64,000 bases of DNA from Vulcanimicrobiota bacterium (GCA_963812135.1 CAWETU010000001.1:1152001-1216000), one strand, 5' to 3'. Counted from the first letter of the stretch, positions 42,254 to 51,769 are shown. Notes: generated by a model from the letters alone, not told the origin. Program-made: numbers and translations.

Positions 42254-44398
42254 GTGTTCCGTTGGTTGGTCCCGATTCTGGCGGCGGCTAGCGTCGGCGC
42301 GGTCGTACTTGCGACTGCGCCGGCGCTCGCTGCTACTCCGGCGGGCACGCTGATCAGCAACACCGCGTCCGCCACGTACTCGGACCAGTCCGGCACCGCG
42401 TACGCCACCGACTCGAATACGATCGTGGCGCAGGTGCAGGCGGTCGCGTCGCTGACGGTCTCGCCAAAAGAAGCGGTAGTCAATCCGGGGCTCGACGCGT
42501 ACGCGGTCGGCATGCCGGTGACGCGCCGCTTCATCATCACCAACACCAGCAACCTCACCGACGCATACACGATCCAATCCGCGACGACCAGCGCGGGCAC
42601 GATCACCGCGATCAATTTCGTCGTGCCTCCGGGTGGTCCGACCATCCCCGTCACCGTCGGCAGCACGATTTCGCCAAACGTCGTGCCGGGCGGCACGATG
42701 TTCGTGGACGTCACGGTGAACACGACGGGCATCCTCGTCGGCGCATCCTGGTCCATCAACATCAAAGCCCAGACCACGGTGGCGGGCACTGCGAACGGAT
42801 TGCAATCCGACACCGGTCAACGCTGGGCGATCGCGGTGCCCGGTCCCAACCTTAGCGGCATCAAGAAGTTGGTGGGCGGCCAGGCCTCGACACAGGCGGC
42901 ACCGGGCAGCACGGTCGCCTTTAGCATCTCGTTCACCAACACAGGCGGGCTGCCGGCAAACAACGTCGTCGTCACCGATGTCGTTCCCGTTGGCTTGCAC
43001 CCGCTCTTGAATTCCGTGCTCATCAACGGCGTCGCAGCCGGCGGCCAAGCGACCCTCGTCGGCCAAACGCTCACCGTCACGATTCCAACCGTCGCCGCCT
43101 CGCAGACGATCGTCATCGCGTTCAATGCGACCATCGACTCCGCTGCGGCGTTGGGCACGAGCTACGTCAATACGGCGCAGGTTGTCGCCACCGGCTTTGG
43201 CCCGGTGACTTCGCCGCCCGCGAGCGTGTTCGTCGGCACCGGCAACATCGTCTACGATGGTCTCGGCGGCGCGGGCCACCCGATCCCCGGCGCGCAGCTG
43301 ACGATCCTCAAGCCGCCGTCCATCACGCCGTACGCATTGACGGGTACGGGCGTCGCGCCGAACACATTGAACGCCAACCCCTATTCGACCGACGCCACCG
43401 GTTCGTATTCGTTCGGGTTCGGCAGCGGCCAGTTCGGCGGTGTCGGGGGCGACGCGCACTACACGCTCTTGGTGAGTGCGACCGGGTATCTCAACCGCCG
43501 CATCGACATCCTGCTGCACGCGGATCCGACGGGCACGTTGTACACGGCGACAATCACCGCGCTTGACGGGCAACTGCTCGCGGTGCCGGGCGGCTTCAAC
43601 CTGACATCTGGGCCGGTGGTGCTGAACAACGTCTTCAATCTGCTCGGGAATATCCCGATGTTCACCGCGCACCCGATCACCATTACGAAGACCGTCGATC
43701 AACAAGCGGTCGTCACCGGCAATCGCCTCATCTTCGCGGTGACCTTCGCGAACGCGTCGCTCGCGACGCTGACGAACGCGACGCTGATCGACACGTTGCC
43801 GCCGGGTGTCGCGTATGGCCCCGGCACCGCGCGCGTCGACGGCGTGCCGCAAGAGCCGCACGTGAATGGCCGCGTCCTTACCTGGACATTTGGCACCATG
43901 GCGCCATCGACGTCGCACACGATCGTGTACGGCGCCGTCGTGCTGCCGGAAGCGACGATCAACACGACGGTCGTCAACGTCGCCGCGCTGACGGCATTCG
44001 CGCAGGGCGCGCCGCTGAGCGCGTCGGCACAGGCATCGGTGGTGATCCTCGGCGGCGGCGCGTTCTCGTTCACGATTCCGATCACCGGGCGCGTCTTCAT
44101 CGACGTGGGCGGGCTCGGAAGGTTCGTCCCTGGCGATCAGGGTGTCTCCGGCGTTCGGCTGTATCTCGAGGACGGTCAGTACTCGGTCACCGACGCGCAA
44201 GGGCGCTACTCGTTCCCGTCGACACGGCCCGGCATGCACGTGATCAAACTGGATGCCTCGACGCTGCCGACCGGAGTGCGGCTGTTCCCCGATCCGCTCG
44301 ATTACGATAGTCCGCACAGCGCGACGCGGCTCGTGCACGGCATTCTCGACACTGGCCTGCTGCAAGACATCAACTTCGCAGTGGAGGCGGCCAAGTGA
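42254..44398 (+). CDS. Secreted DUF11 + SdrD-B/CnaB-like protein, predicted anchor/adaptor
   Basis: ATPAGTLISNTASATY N-terminus; two complete DUF11 domains; ITGRVFID...GVSGVRLYLEDG...TDAQGRYSF...LDASTLP; AGGAG RBS. Confidence 0.82.
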   Translation: MFRWLVPILAAASVGAVVLATAPALAATPAGTLISNTASATYSDQSGTAYATDSNTIVAQVQAVASLTVSPKEAVVNPGLDAYAVGMPVTRRFIITNTSNLTDAYTIQSATTSAGTITAINFVVPPGGPTIPVTVGSTISPNVVPGGTMFVDVTVNTTGILVGASWSINIKAQTTVAGTANGLQSDTGQRWAIAVPGPNLSGIKKLVGGQASTQAAPGSTVAFSISFTNTGGLPANNVVVTDVVPVGLHPLLNSVLINGVAAGGQATLVGQTLTVTIPTVAASQTIVIAFNATIDSAAALGTSYVNTAQVVATGFGPVTSPPASVFVGTGNIVYDGLGGAGHPIPGAQLTILKPPSITPYALTGTGVAPNTLNANPYSTDATGSYSFGFGSGQFGGVGGDAHYTLLVSATGYLNRRIDILLHADPTGTLYTATITALDGQLLAVPGGFNLTSGPVVLNNVFNLLGNIPMFTAHPITITKTVDQQAVVTGNRLIFAVTFANASLATLTNATLIDTLPPGVAYGPGTARVDGVPQEPHVNGRVLTWTFGTMAPSTSHTIVYGAVVLPEATINTTVVNVAALTAFAQGAPLSASAQASVVILGGGAFSFTIPITGRVFIDVGGLGRFVPGDQGVSGVRLYLEDGQYSVTDAQGRYSFPSTRPGMHVIKLDASTLPTGVRLFPDPLDYDSPHSATRLVHGILDTGLLQDINFAVEAAK

Positions 44399-47300
44399 GC
44401 GCGCGAGCTGCACTCGCGCGAATCACTCAAGCTGCGCTTGGGTGCTACATTCTGGCACTTTTGGCGGCGCCGGCGCTTGGCGCGCCGCCGACGGGCGCAA
44501 ACCTGAGCAACCTCACGTACACGGCGACCTCGGATCTGAGCGCGACGCTGTTGTCTCCAGCGGATAAGACCGCCTCGGCGACGAGCGCGGCGAAGATCCT
44601 CGTCTCCACCGTTGCGGGCGCCGGGGTCGAGCTGCGCGTGAATGGCAACGTCATTTCCGCGAAACAAATCGGCATGCGCTCGATCAACAAGAAGACGGGC
44701 GAGACGCGCTACGAGTTCTTCGGCGTCGTGCTCGAGCCGGGCCCCAACGTTGTGCAGTTGACCCCGCTCGGCGCAGACGACCAGCGCGGTCCGACAACGA
44801 GCTACACGCTGTTCGGTCCTGGCAAGCCCGTCCACTTCGCATTCGGACTCGATCGATCGCTGCGCGCCGACGGCGGCAACACGGTGTCAACGTTGATCAT
44901 CAGCGCGACGGACCGATGGAACAACCCCGCCATGCCAGGCGCCATCATCAAGGTCGGCATCGTGTCCGGCGACCTGCACCTGCTGGTGGCGACGTCCGCG
45001 GCGCAAGGCGAGCAGCCCCACTATCACCGCGCGAGCGCGGTCGAGATCCCGGTCGCGCCGGGCGGCATCGAGCAGCTTCCGATGGTGGCCGGATTGCTAC
45101 CCGGCGAAGCGCTCGTGCAGGTCACAGCCGCCGACGTCGTGACCAGCGAGCGATTCTACATCGATCCGAACCTGCGCAAGCCCTTCGTCGCCGGATTGAT
45201 CACCGCAGGCGCAGGTCCAGTGCCCGGATTCGCCGGCATGCCCGCCGCGGTGCCGGATGGGCAACAGACGCGTTTGGGCCGCATCGCGATTTTCGGCACC
45301 GGCGTCGTGAACCACGACATCCTGGCGACCATCGCATATGATACCGCGAACGTGCTGCAGCAGAATCTGCTCGGCCCGTACGTCGTCGATCCCTACGACC
45401 GCCCGTTCCAGACGTACGGCGACACGAGCTACCAGAACAACGACGCGTTGTCCCGCGACCATCTGTACGCGCGCTTCGACCGCAATCAGAGCAGCTTCGT
45501 CTGGGGCGAGTTCCGCCCCGACACCGGTTCGCCCGATCCCGACGGCGCGTTTCATCTCCTGGTGGACGGCGCCAAGCTCGAGCTTGGGACCAGCCGCACG
45601 CGCGTCGTCGCGTTCAACGCGAACAACGATTTCGCGTATGCGCGCCAACAGTTTAATCCGACCGGTCTCTCGCTCGGCGGTCAACTGCTCCATCCGAACA
45701 TCGTCGTCGGCTCAGACGTCGTGACGCTCGTCGTGCTCGACAAACGCACGGGTGCGGTTCTGAACCAGACCACGCTCGTGAACAACATCGACTACACGCT
45801 GGATTACTCCACCGGGCTGCTGCGCTTCATCAACATCCCGCTGCCCTACGATGACCATTTCAATCCTCAAGTCGTCCAGGTGCAGTACGAATACGGCGGC
45901 TCGGGCGTCAACTCGGAAACCACGGGCGGCCGCGCAAGCATGCTGCTCGATAGCAAGGGCAACCTGCGGCTGAACATCGGCTACGTCAACGACTCGACCG
46001 GCATGGCCAACTTCACGCTCTTCGAGCAGAGCCTGCAGGGCGCGATGCACGGCGGTTCGTGGAGCATCGCGCACATCGCGTCGAATGGCCCCGCGCTTGG
46101 CACGACGCTCGGTCCGACCGAGGCGGGCTCGTCGGTGCATGCGACATTCAGCGAGGTGTCCGGCTCCAACCGGCTCGCGTTTGATTTCACCACGGCGAGC
46201 GCCGGCTTCAACAACCCCTTCGGCGGTTTTGCGACGCCGGGCCTGACCAACTACAATTTGGAAGCCAAGCATCTGTTCAATCCGAACAGCGACATCACGC
46301 TCAACTACAACTTGCAGCACAACATCAGCACTGCGGGCAGCGAAGATCAGTCGCAAGCGTCGGTCGTGTATCACCACGTGTGGGGTGACCGGCTGCTCGC
46401 GAAACTCGGCGTGCAGACGAACGTCGTGTCGGGCGTGAGCGATCCGATCTCAGGCGCATCGGTGACCGGCTCCAACGCGCAAGCCATCCTGGGGCTCGGC
46501 TATAAGCTCTCGAAACGCCTGTCGCTCGGCGTCGAGGATATCGCGACGATCGGCGGCGGCACAACGACGCCGAGCGAGCCGTCGCAGACGATGGCGCAGC
46601 TCACCTATAGCGTGCCGAACAACACGAAGTTCTTCGTGCGCGAGCGCTGGAGTTCGCAGCCGACAGACAGTTTCGCGACGTCATCCGCGCCGTTCACAAC
46701 GGCGTCGCAGTCGACGCAGTCGTTCTCGGTCGGTTTCTCGCGCGACATGAGCGCCGCGATGTCGGTCGACAGCGAATGGGGCGTCGACCATACGAATAGC
46801 GGTCCGGACATCTACTCGGCATACGGCGTGCGCGAGAAGTTCAAGTTCGGCCGGAACCTGCAGGGCGATGCGTTCGCGCAGGACGGCAACGCGGTCGGCG
46901 GCGGGATGTCCGGGTTCTTCATCTACGGTCTGAACGCGTCGTACTCGAACACGCACAATTTCACCGCGGCCGCGTCGTGGCAGAACCGCACCGGGTCCCT
47001 GCCGGGCAGCAGCCTCACGGCCGGGTTCTCGGGTCCGCTCGGCACTAGCTTCGCGCTGCAGGGCACGCTGCAGAACTCGCGCACGCCGGATGCATTCGAC
47101 TATCAGGACCGCGTCGGCCTCGCATGGCGGCCGGCGAACAACGATCGCGGCGCCACGCTCGTCGAGTGGGATCATCGGATCGGCAATCTCTCCACCTTGA
47201 GCGAGCAGACGGACGTCATCATGGTGCAGCAGGTCTATCGCCCGACGCAAACGCTCGAACTGGCAGGCCGCTACGCGTATAAGATGGATGGCGGCGCGTT

Positions 47301-47589
47301 CTATCTGCCGCATACATCGCTGGTCGGCCTGCGCGCCGACGAGCGCATCGGCAAGCGTTACGATCTGGGCATCGAGACGCAGTTGGTCGAGCCGGCGGGC
47401 ATTCCGGCGGCGAAGTCCACCGATTTCGCGATCGAGAACGGTTACCGCATCGGCGGCTCGGCGCGGCTTGCGGTCGGTTACAACTTCGCGGGTTCGGCCG
47501 ATCCCACGCTCACCGGAGCTCCGGTGCGCAAGGGCGTTTACGTGACCCTCACGTCGATCGTCGACCGCATCTTCGGCTGGGGCCGGTAA
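44395..47589 (+). CDS. Large outer-membrane beta-barrel protein with N-terminal Ig-like domains
   Basis: Signal peptide; YGDTS, DYTLDYSTG; long run of amphipathic aromatic-ended strands; LAVGYNF...GVYVTL end. Confidence 0.75.
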   Translation: MSARAALARITQAALGCYILALLAAPALGAPPTGANLSNLTYTATSDLSATLLSPADKTASATSAAKILVSTVAGAGVELRVNGNVISAKQIGMRSINKKTGETRYEFFGVVLEPGPNVVQLTPLGADDQRGPTTSYTLFGPGKPVHFAFGLDRSLRADGGNTVSTLIISATDRWNNPAMPGAIIKVGIVSGDLHLLVATSAAQGEQPHYHRASAVEIPVAPGGIEQLPMVAGLLPGEALVQVTAADVVTSERFYIDPNLRKPFVAGLITAGAGPVPGFAGMPAAVPDGQQTRLGRIAIFGTGVVNHDILATIAYDTANVLQQNLLGPYVVDPYDRPFQTYGDTSYQNNDALSRDHLYARFDRNQSSFVWGEFRPDTGSPDPDGAFHLLVDGAKLELGTSRTRVVAFNANNDFAYARQQFNPTGLSLGGQLLHPNIVVGSDVVTLVVLDKRTGAVLNQTTLVNNIDYTLDYSTGLLRFINIPLPYDDHFNPQVVQVQYEYGGSGVNSETTGGRASMLLDSKGNLRLNIGYVNDSTGMANFTLFEQSLQGAMHGGSWSIAHIASNGPALGTTLGPTEAGSSVHATFSEVSGSNRLAFDFTTASAGFNNPFGGFATPGLTNYNLEAKHLFNPNSDITLNYNLQHNISTAGSEDQSQASVVYHHVWGDRLLAKLGVQTNVVSGVSDPISGASVTGSNAQAILGLGYKLSKRLSLGVEDIATIGGGTTTPSEPSQTMAQLTYSVPNNTKFFVRERWSSQPTDSFATSSAPFTTASQSTQSFSVGFSRDMSAAMSVDSEWGVDHTNSGPDIYSAYGVREKFKFGRNLQGDAFAQDGNAVGGGMSGFFIYGLNASYSNTHNFTAAASWQNRTGSLPGSSLTAGFSGPLGTSFALQGTLQNSRTPDAFDYQDRVGLAWRPANNDRGATLVEWDHRIGNLSTLSEQTDVIMVQQVYRPTQTLELAGRYAYKMDGGAFYLPHTSLVGLRADERIGKRYDLGIETQLVEPAGIPAAKSTDFAIENGYRIGGSARLAVGYNFAGSADPTLTGAPVRKGVYVTLTSIVDRIFGWGR

Positions 47590-47610
47590 GCAGGACGAAG
47601 GAGCTCGCTT

Positions 47611-47634
47611 CGGTCGAGTAAACTCGACCGCTAC
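47611..47634 (-). repeat. GTAG-type REP palindrome between convergent genes
   Basis: GTAG-CGGTCGAG-TTTA-CTCGACCG, perfect 8-bp stem. Confidence 0.75.
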
Positions 47635-48663
47635 TTAACGAGTCGCGAAGACGGACACCCATGACGGATCTTCAGTCACGCGCTGCGAGCGGCTGACGAC
47701 GTACAGCTGGCCGCGTGCGTCGAGCGCGACGCCTTCGACATACGCGCCCAGGCCTGCGTCGCTGCCGCCGATCGTGCGCACCGGCAGCGCGTTGCCCGAC
47801 GCACCGGGTGCGTACACCGTCACGTTACTGTCCACGAGATTCGAGACGTAGGCGTAACCATCGCCGTCCACCGCGATGCCCTGCGGCGTGTCGAGCGCTG
47901 TCTGGCTGCCGGTGATGATCCGCGCCGGCTTCGCGTCGCCATTCGCGTTCGGAGCGAAGACGATGATGCTGTCGATGCCGAGGTTGACCCGGCCGCTGTT
48001 CACGACGTAGACGAAACCGTGCGAGTCAACCGTCAAGCCGAGCGGCGTGTCGAGCGTCGTGTGCGGACCGGAGATCGTGCGGACCGGAGCGGACTGCCCC
48101 TTCGCCCCGGGACCGTAGACCGTGACCGAGTTCGCGGCGCTGACCATCGCTCCGTAGTTCGCGACGTACAGATCGCCGTGCGGGCCGAATGCCAGTCCCT
48201 TTGGCTTGAGAATGCCGTTGGTGATGGTGCGCGCCGGCACGGAGTCGCCGTGCGCCGTCTTGTCAAAGACGAGGATCGCGCCCGGTCCTTCGCTCGTGCC
48301 GCCGCCCGAGGTGCCGCTGCTGGCGACGTAGAGCTCGCCGGCCGCATCGAGCGCGATCCCGCCCGGCCGGGCAAGGGCACCGCTGATCGTCCGGATCGGC
48401 GCGGTATCGCCGCTGCCGCTTGGCGCATAGACGGTGATCGTGTCGCGTTTTGCCGCCAGCGATCCATCGTTGCTGACGTAGATGTTGCCGTTGGGATCGA
48501 CGACGATGCCGCTCGGCCACAGCAGTCCGGTGTTCGCGCCTTTGATGATGCGCGCCGGCGTGCCGAGCGGCGCGCCGCCGGCCTCCGATGAGGGGCCGGC
48601 GATCAATGCGGCAAGACAGACGGTCGCACATAGCGCGAACACGACGCTGTGAGACGGTCGCAT
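47635..48663 (-). CDS. Secreted NHL-repeat beta-propeller protein
   Basis: About 6 repeats of PxGIAVDxxGxxYVxN...VxVY(A/G)PxAxGxxAPxRTI. Confidence 0.85.
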   Translation of the reverse strand: MRPSHSVVFALCATVCLAALIAGPSSEAGGAPLGTPARIIKGANTGLLWPSGIVVDPNGNIYVSNDGSLAAKRDTITVYAPSGSGDTAPIRTISGALARPGGIALDAAGELYVASSGTSGGGTSEGPGAILVFDKTAHGDSVPARTITNGILKPKGLAFGPHGDLYVANYGAMVSAANSVTVYGPGAKGQSAPVRTISGPHTTLDTPLGLTVDSHGFVYVVNSGRVNLGIDSIIVFAPNANGDAKPARIITGSQTALDTPQGIAVDGDGYAYVSNLVDSNVTVYAPGASGNALPVRTIGGSDAGLGAYVEGVALDARGQLYVVSRSQRVTEDPSWVSVFATR

Positions 48664-48667
48664 GTGG

Positions 48668-49120
48668 CTAGGCGGGTTCGCGCTTTACTCCCGACACACC
48701 CGCGAGGATCGCATCGGTGTCGGGGAAGCCGCGCTCGTAGAAAACGATGCGGCCACCGCGATCGATGCCGACGACGGTGCGATTGATGACGGTGAACGGT
48801 CCCCATCGGGTCAACGCGTCATAGGCCCGCGACACCTTCAACCCCCGGTCGCTCAAGAGCGTTGCGGTGAATCCATGTCGTCGTGCGAACGCGCGATGCG
48901 AACGCACGCTGGCGCCGTTGATGCCGAACACCGTGACGCCGGCTTGCGCGTAACGAGCTGCGGCGCCGCGCACGGCGGCGAGTTGAAAATATCAGCCGAG
49001 AGTGTGGTCGAGGACGTAGAAGATCAAGACGGCTGCGTTGCTGCGCAGCACGGACGACAACGTGACCGGCGCGCCCTCGTGATCGAGCAGCGTGAAGTCC
49101 GGCGCGGTTTGGCCGAGCAT
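48668..49120 (-). CDS. Peroxiredoxin (AhpC/TSA, BCP-like) with in-frame UGA at the catalytic position; probable selenoprotein
   Basis: MLGQTAPDFTL...LIFYVLDHTLG-UGA-YFQLAAV...VFGIN...LLSD...RTVVGIDRGGRI, all in one frame; UGA at 48992-48994. Confidence 0.85.
48964..48980 (-). promoter_or_regulatory. Candidate bacterial SECIS hairpin
   Basis: CGCCGC-CGUGC-GCGGCG stem-loop starting 11 nt after the UGA. Confidence 0.5.
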
Positions 49121-49139
49121 CACGCTGCAGGCGAGGACG

Positions 49140-49997
49140 TCACGCGCGTGCGGCGACGCGTTTCTTCGCTTTGCCGTTCGATTCGCTCTTGCTCTTGCCG
49201 TTGGCGGCGACGGGCCGCTTCTTGCCCTGCTTGAGGCTTTGCTGCAGCACATCCATGAGGTTGACCACCTCGGTCGCCGGCTTCGCTTTGGCGGCGGCGA
49301 GCGCTTTGATCGGCTTGCCCTTGGCGCGCGCTTCGATCAGCGCCATCATCGCGTCGCGATATCGATCGTGGTACTCCTCCGGCTCGAACTTGTCGGTCAT
49401 CGTATCGATCAGCATCTTCGCGGCCTTCATCTCGCCGGGCGACGCCTTCTCTTTCCCTGGGGGAAATTCGAAGTCAGACGCGTCGACGATCTCGTCCGGG
49501 TAGTGCATCAGCTCGAGCACGAGGGCGTTGCCGTTCGGTTTGAGCGCGCACACGTATTCCTTCGTGCGGATGACGACGCGCGCGATGCCGACCTTATTCG
49601 ACTCGGCGAGCGCATCGCGCAACAGCGCGTACGCGTGGCGGCCTTTCTTCTCGGGCTCCAAGTAGTACGGCTTGTCGAAAAGTATGGGGTTTATCTCGGA
49701 GAGGTCGACGAACTCTTGGATGTCGATCGACTGCGTCGCCTCGATGCGGACGCTCTTGATGTCCTCGTCTGAGATGAGGACGTACTCGCCGTCACCGACC
49801 TCGTAGCCTTTGACGATCTCGTTCCACTCGACTTTCTTGCCGTCGATGCTGCACACGCGCTGGAAGTTGATGCGTCCTTTGTCCTTTTTGTGCAACATGT
49901 TGAAATGGATCTCGTTCTCGCGAACAGCCGTGAACAGGCGGACCGGGATCGTCACCAATCCGAAGTTGATCGAGCCGTTCCAAATCGCGTGCGCCAT
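49140..49997 (-). CDS. ku: Non-homologous end-joining protein Ku
   Basis: AIWNGSINFGLVTIPV, IVKGYE, FDKPYYL, VVNLMDVLQQSL, basic tail. Confidence 0.95.
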   Translation of the reverse strand: MAHAIWNGSINFGLVTIPVRLFTAVRENEIHFNMLHKKDKGRINFQRVCSIDGKKVEWNEIVKGYEVGDGEYVLISDEDIKSVRIEATQSIDIQEFVDLSEINPILFDKPYYLEPEKKGRHAYALLRDALAESNKVGIARVVIRTKEYVCALKPNGNALVLELMHYPDEIVDASDFEFPPGKEKASPGEMKAAKMLIDTMTDKFEPEEYHDRYRDAMMALIEARAKGKPIKALAAAKAKPATEVVNLMDVLQQSLKQGKKRPVAANGKSKSESNGKAKKRVAARA

Positions 49998-50036
49998 CAA
50001 AGTCCCCTCTCTGACTCTATTACTTCCCATCGGCAG

Positions 50037-50106
50037 CGAACGTGTGCTCCATCACAGGGCCAGAAGGAATCGAACATATCGCCGACAAACATACGTTCGA
50101 ACATAC
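50037..50106. promoter_or_regulatory. LexA (GAAC-N4-GTTC)-like boxes between divergent ku and HTH genes
   Basis: CGAACGTGTGCTCC 50037-50050; CAAACATACGTTCG 50086-50099; extra CGAACATA half-sites. Confidence 0.5.
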
Positions 50107-50146
50107 CCTTGTCTGCGCTCGAGCTCATAGACTTGGGGGTAGGGGG

Positions 50147-50506
50147 ATGCACAAGAAGCAACTCGCGGAGCAGTTCTGCAGCCGGCTGTGGGATTCGTTT
50201 TTCACCTCCTTGCGGGGCACCGACTTGTTGACGGCTTGCGAGAAACGGGTCCTCGAGAAGCTCTGGCTCTTGGGGACGATCAAGACCTCGACCTGCGATG
50301 CGTATCCGGGCCACGTCGAATTCGCACGCTCGCTGCGGGTGTCCGAACACCGGGTGAAGCTGGCGCTCAAGAAGCTCGAGATGAAGGGCTTCATTAAATG
50401 CGTGCGGCGCTCCAAGGCCGGCTTTGCCTATCTGCTCAACCCGCTGCTGCTCGAAGCGGCGTACGACCGCACCAAACGCGACTACCCAGACCTGCTCGCA
50501 TCCTAG
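50147..50506 (+). CDS. Winged helix-turn-helix protein (HTH_36-like)
   Basis: LTACEKRVL...YPGHVEFARSLRVSEHRVKLALKKLEMKGFI. Confidence 0.7.
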   Translation: MHKKQLAEQFCSRLWDSFFTSLRGTDLLTACEKRVLEKLWLLGTIKTSTCDAYPGHVEFARSLRVSEHRVKLALKKLEMKGFIKCVRRSKAGFAYLLNPLLLEAAYDRTKRDYPDLLAS

Positions 50507-50550
50507 AATAGCGAGGAGTTCGCTTACGACCCGCGGCAGCAGCTTCGGGC

Positions 50551-51312
50551 GTGGATGTCATAGCCCCATTCCGTCTCGACGGGCGCGTCGCTCTTGTGAC
50601 CGGCGCTTCCAGCGGATTGGGCGCGCGATTTTGCCGCGTGCTCGACGCCGCGGGTGCCAAAGTGGTGCTCGCCGCGCGCCGGATGGACAAGCTGGAACAG
50701 GTCGCAAAAGGCCTACATGACTCGCTGCCGGTGGCGTGCGACGTCACCGTTCAATCGGAAGTGGGCGGACTCGTGGACGCGGCGCTGCGGCGCTTCGGGC
50801 AGATCGACGTCCTCGTCAATGCCGCCGGCGACGCAGATCCGTATCGAGCAGAAGAAGAGCCGCTCGAAGAGTTCGCGCGGATCGTCGCGCTCAACCTGAC
50901 AGCGGCGTTTTCGGTGGCACAGCATGTAGGCCGCCACATGCTCGAGCGTGGCAGCGGCAGCGTGATCAATATCGCTTCCGTGTTGGGTTTGGTCGGCGGC
51001 GGCATCCATTCAACGCCCGGTTACGCCGCCAGCAAAGGCGGACTCGTCAATCTCACTCGTGAGTTGGCGATCGAGTGGGCCTCGCGCGGCGTACGCGTCA
51101 ACGCGATCGCGCCCGCGTATTTTCCGAGCGAGATGACGGCTGAGATTTTCGCGAGCGAGAAGGCGCTTTCGCTCATCGCCAAGATGACGCCGATGAAGCG
51201 GCCCGGCCGCGAGCACGAGCTTGACGGCCCGTTGCTGTTCCTGGCGAGCGACGCATCCAGCTACGTCACGGGTCACGTGCTCGCCGTGGACGGCGGGTTT
51301 CTGGCGGGGTAA
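50551..51312 (+). CDS. SDR family oxidoreductase
   Basis: TGASSGLG, VNAAG, YAASK, VDGG. Confidence 0.92.
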   Translation: MDVIAPFRLDGRVALVTGASSGLGARFCRVLDAAGAKVVLAARRMDKLEQVAKGLHDSLPVACDVTVQSEVGGLVDAALRRFGQIDVLVNAAGDADPYRAEEEPLEEFARIVALNLTAAFSVAQHVGRHMLERGSGSVINIASVLGLVGGGIHSTPGYAASKGGLVNLTRELAIEWASRGVRVNAIAPAYFPSEMTAEIFASEKALSLIAKMTPMKRPGREHELDGPLLFLASDASSYVTGHVLAVDGGFLAG

Positions 51313-51340
51313 GGGCACCCGTACTAAAGTAGCGTCCCGT

Positions 51341-51769
51341 TCAGGGGCGGATCGCGACGACTGCCAACGCGACCGTCAGGACATCTTCCCCAATGGCCAC
51401 AGCTATGTCTGGGATTCTCGCTCGCACGGTCAACAGCCGGCGCATGCCGTAACCGCCATACGCGCCGATGAGCGCGCCGGCAATCCCGAACAACACCGCA
51501 AGCCAACCGTTCAGGCTTCCGTGCAGGAGAAAATACGCGGATGCGCCGCCAGAGATGCAACGGGCGATGAGCGAGAGCGGCATCGTGCGCGCAGGCGTCT
51601 TCGGCAGCTTGTCGCCGATCAGCTCGACGATCGCCAAAACGGCAAAAATCATCCAAAGATAAGAATTGCGTGAATAGGCGACCGCGGTCGGCGCGATCAT
51701 CGTGCGCAGACCTGCGACGATGCCGATGAGCAACGCGTGGCCGATTGCCAAAGTGATGCCATTCTCCAT
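51341..51769 (-). CDS. DUF4126-like membrane protein
   Basis: AGLRTM, ELIGDKLPKTPAR, AIGEDVL. Confidence 0.75.
   Translation of the reverse strand: MENGITLAIGHALLIGIVAGLRTMIAPTAVAYSRNSYLWMIFAVLAIVELIGDKLPKTPARTMPLSLIARCISGGASAYFLLHGSLNGWLAVLFGIAGALIGAYGGYGMRRLLTVRARIPDIAVAIGEDVLTVALAVVAIRP

Noticed and set aside
39358..44413. Very long antisense ORFs (1151 aa, 732 aa) and many similar ones across the window
   Set aside because: Expected stop-poor shadows of high-GC genes; R/G/V-rich with no motifs
49140..50506. Prophage or integrated element around ku and the wHTH gene
   Set aside because: No integrase, att repeats or structural genes
51329..51349. GTAG-led imperfect hairpin between convergent genes
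   Set aside because: Different stem sequence, overlaps a stop codon, single copy
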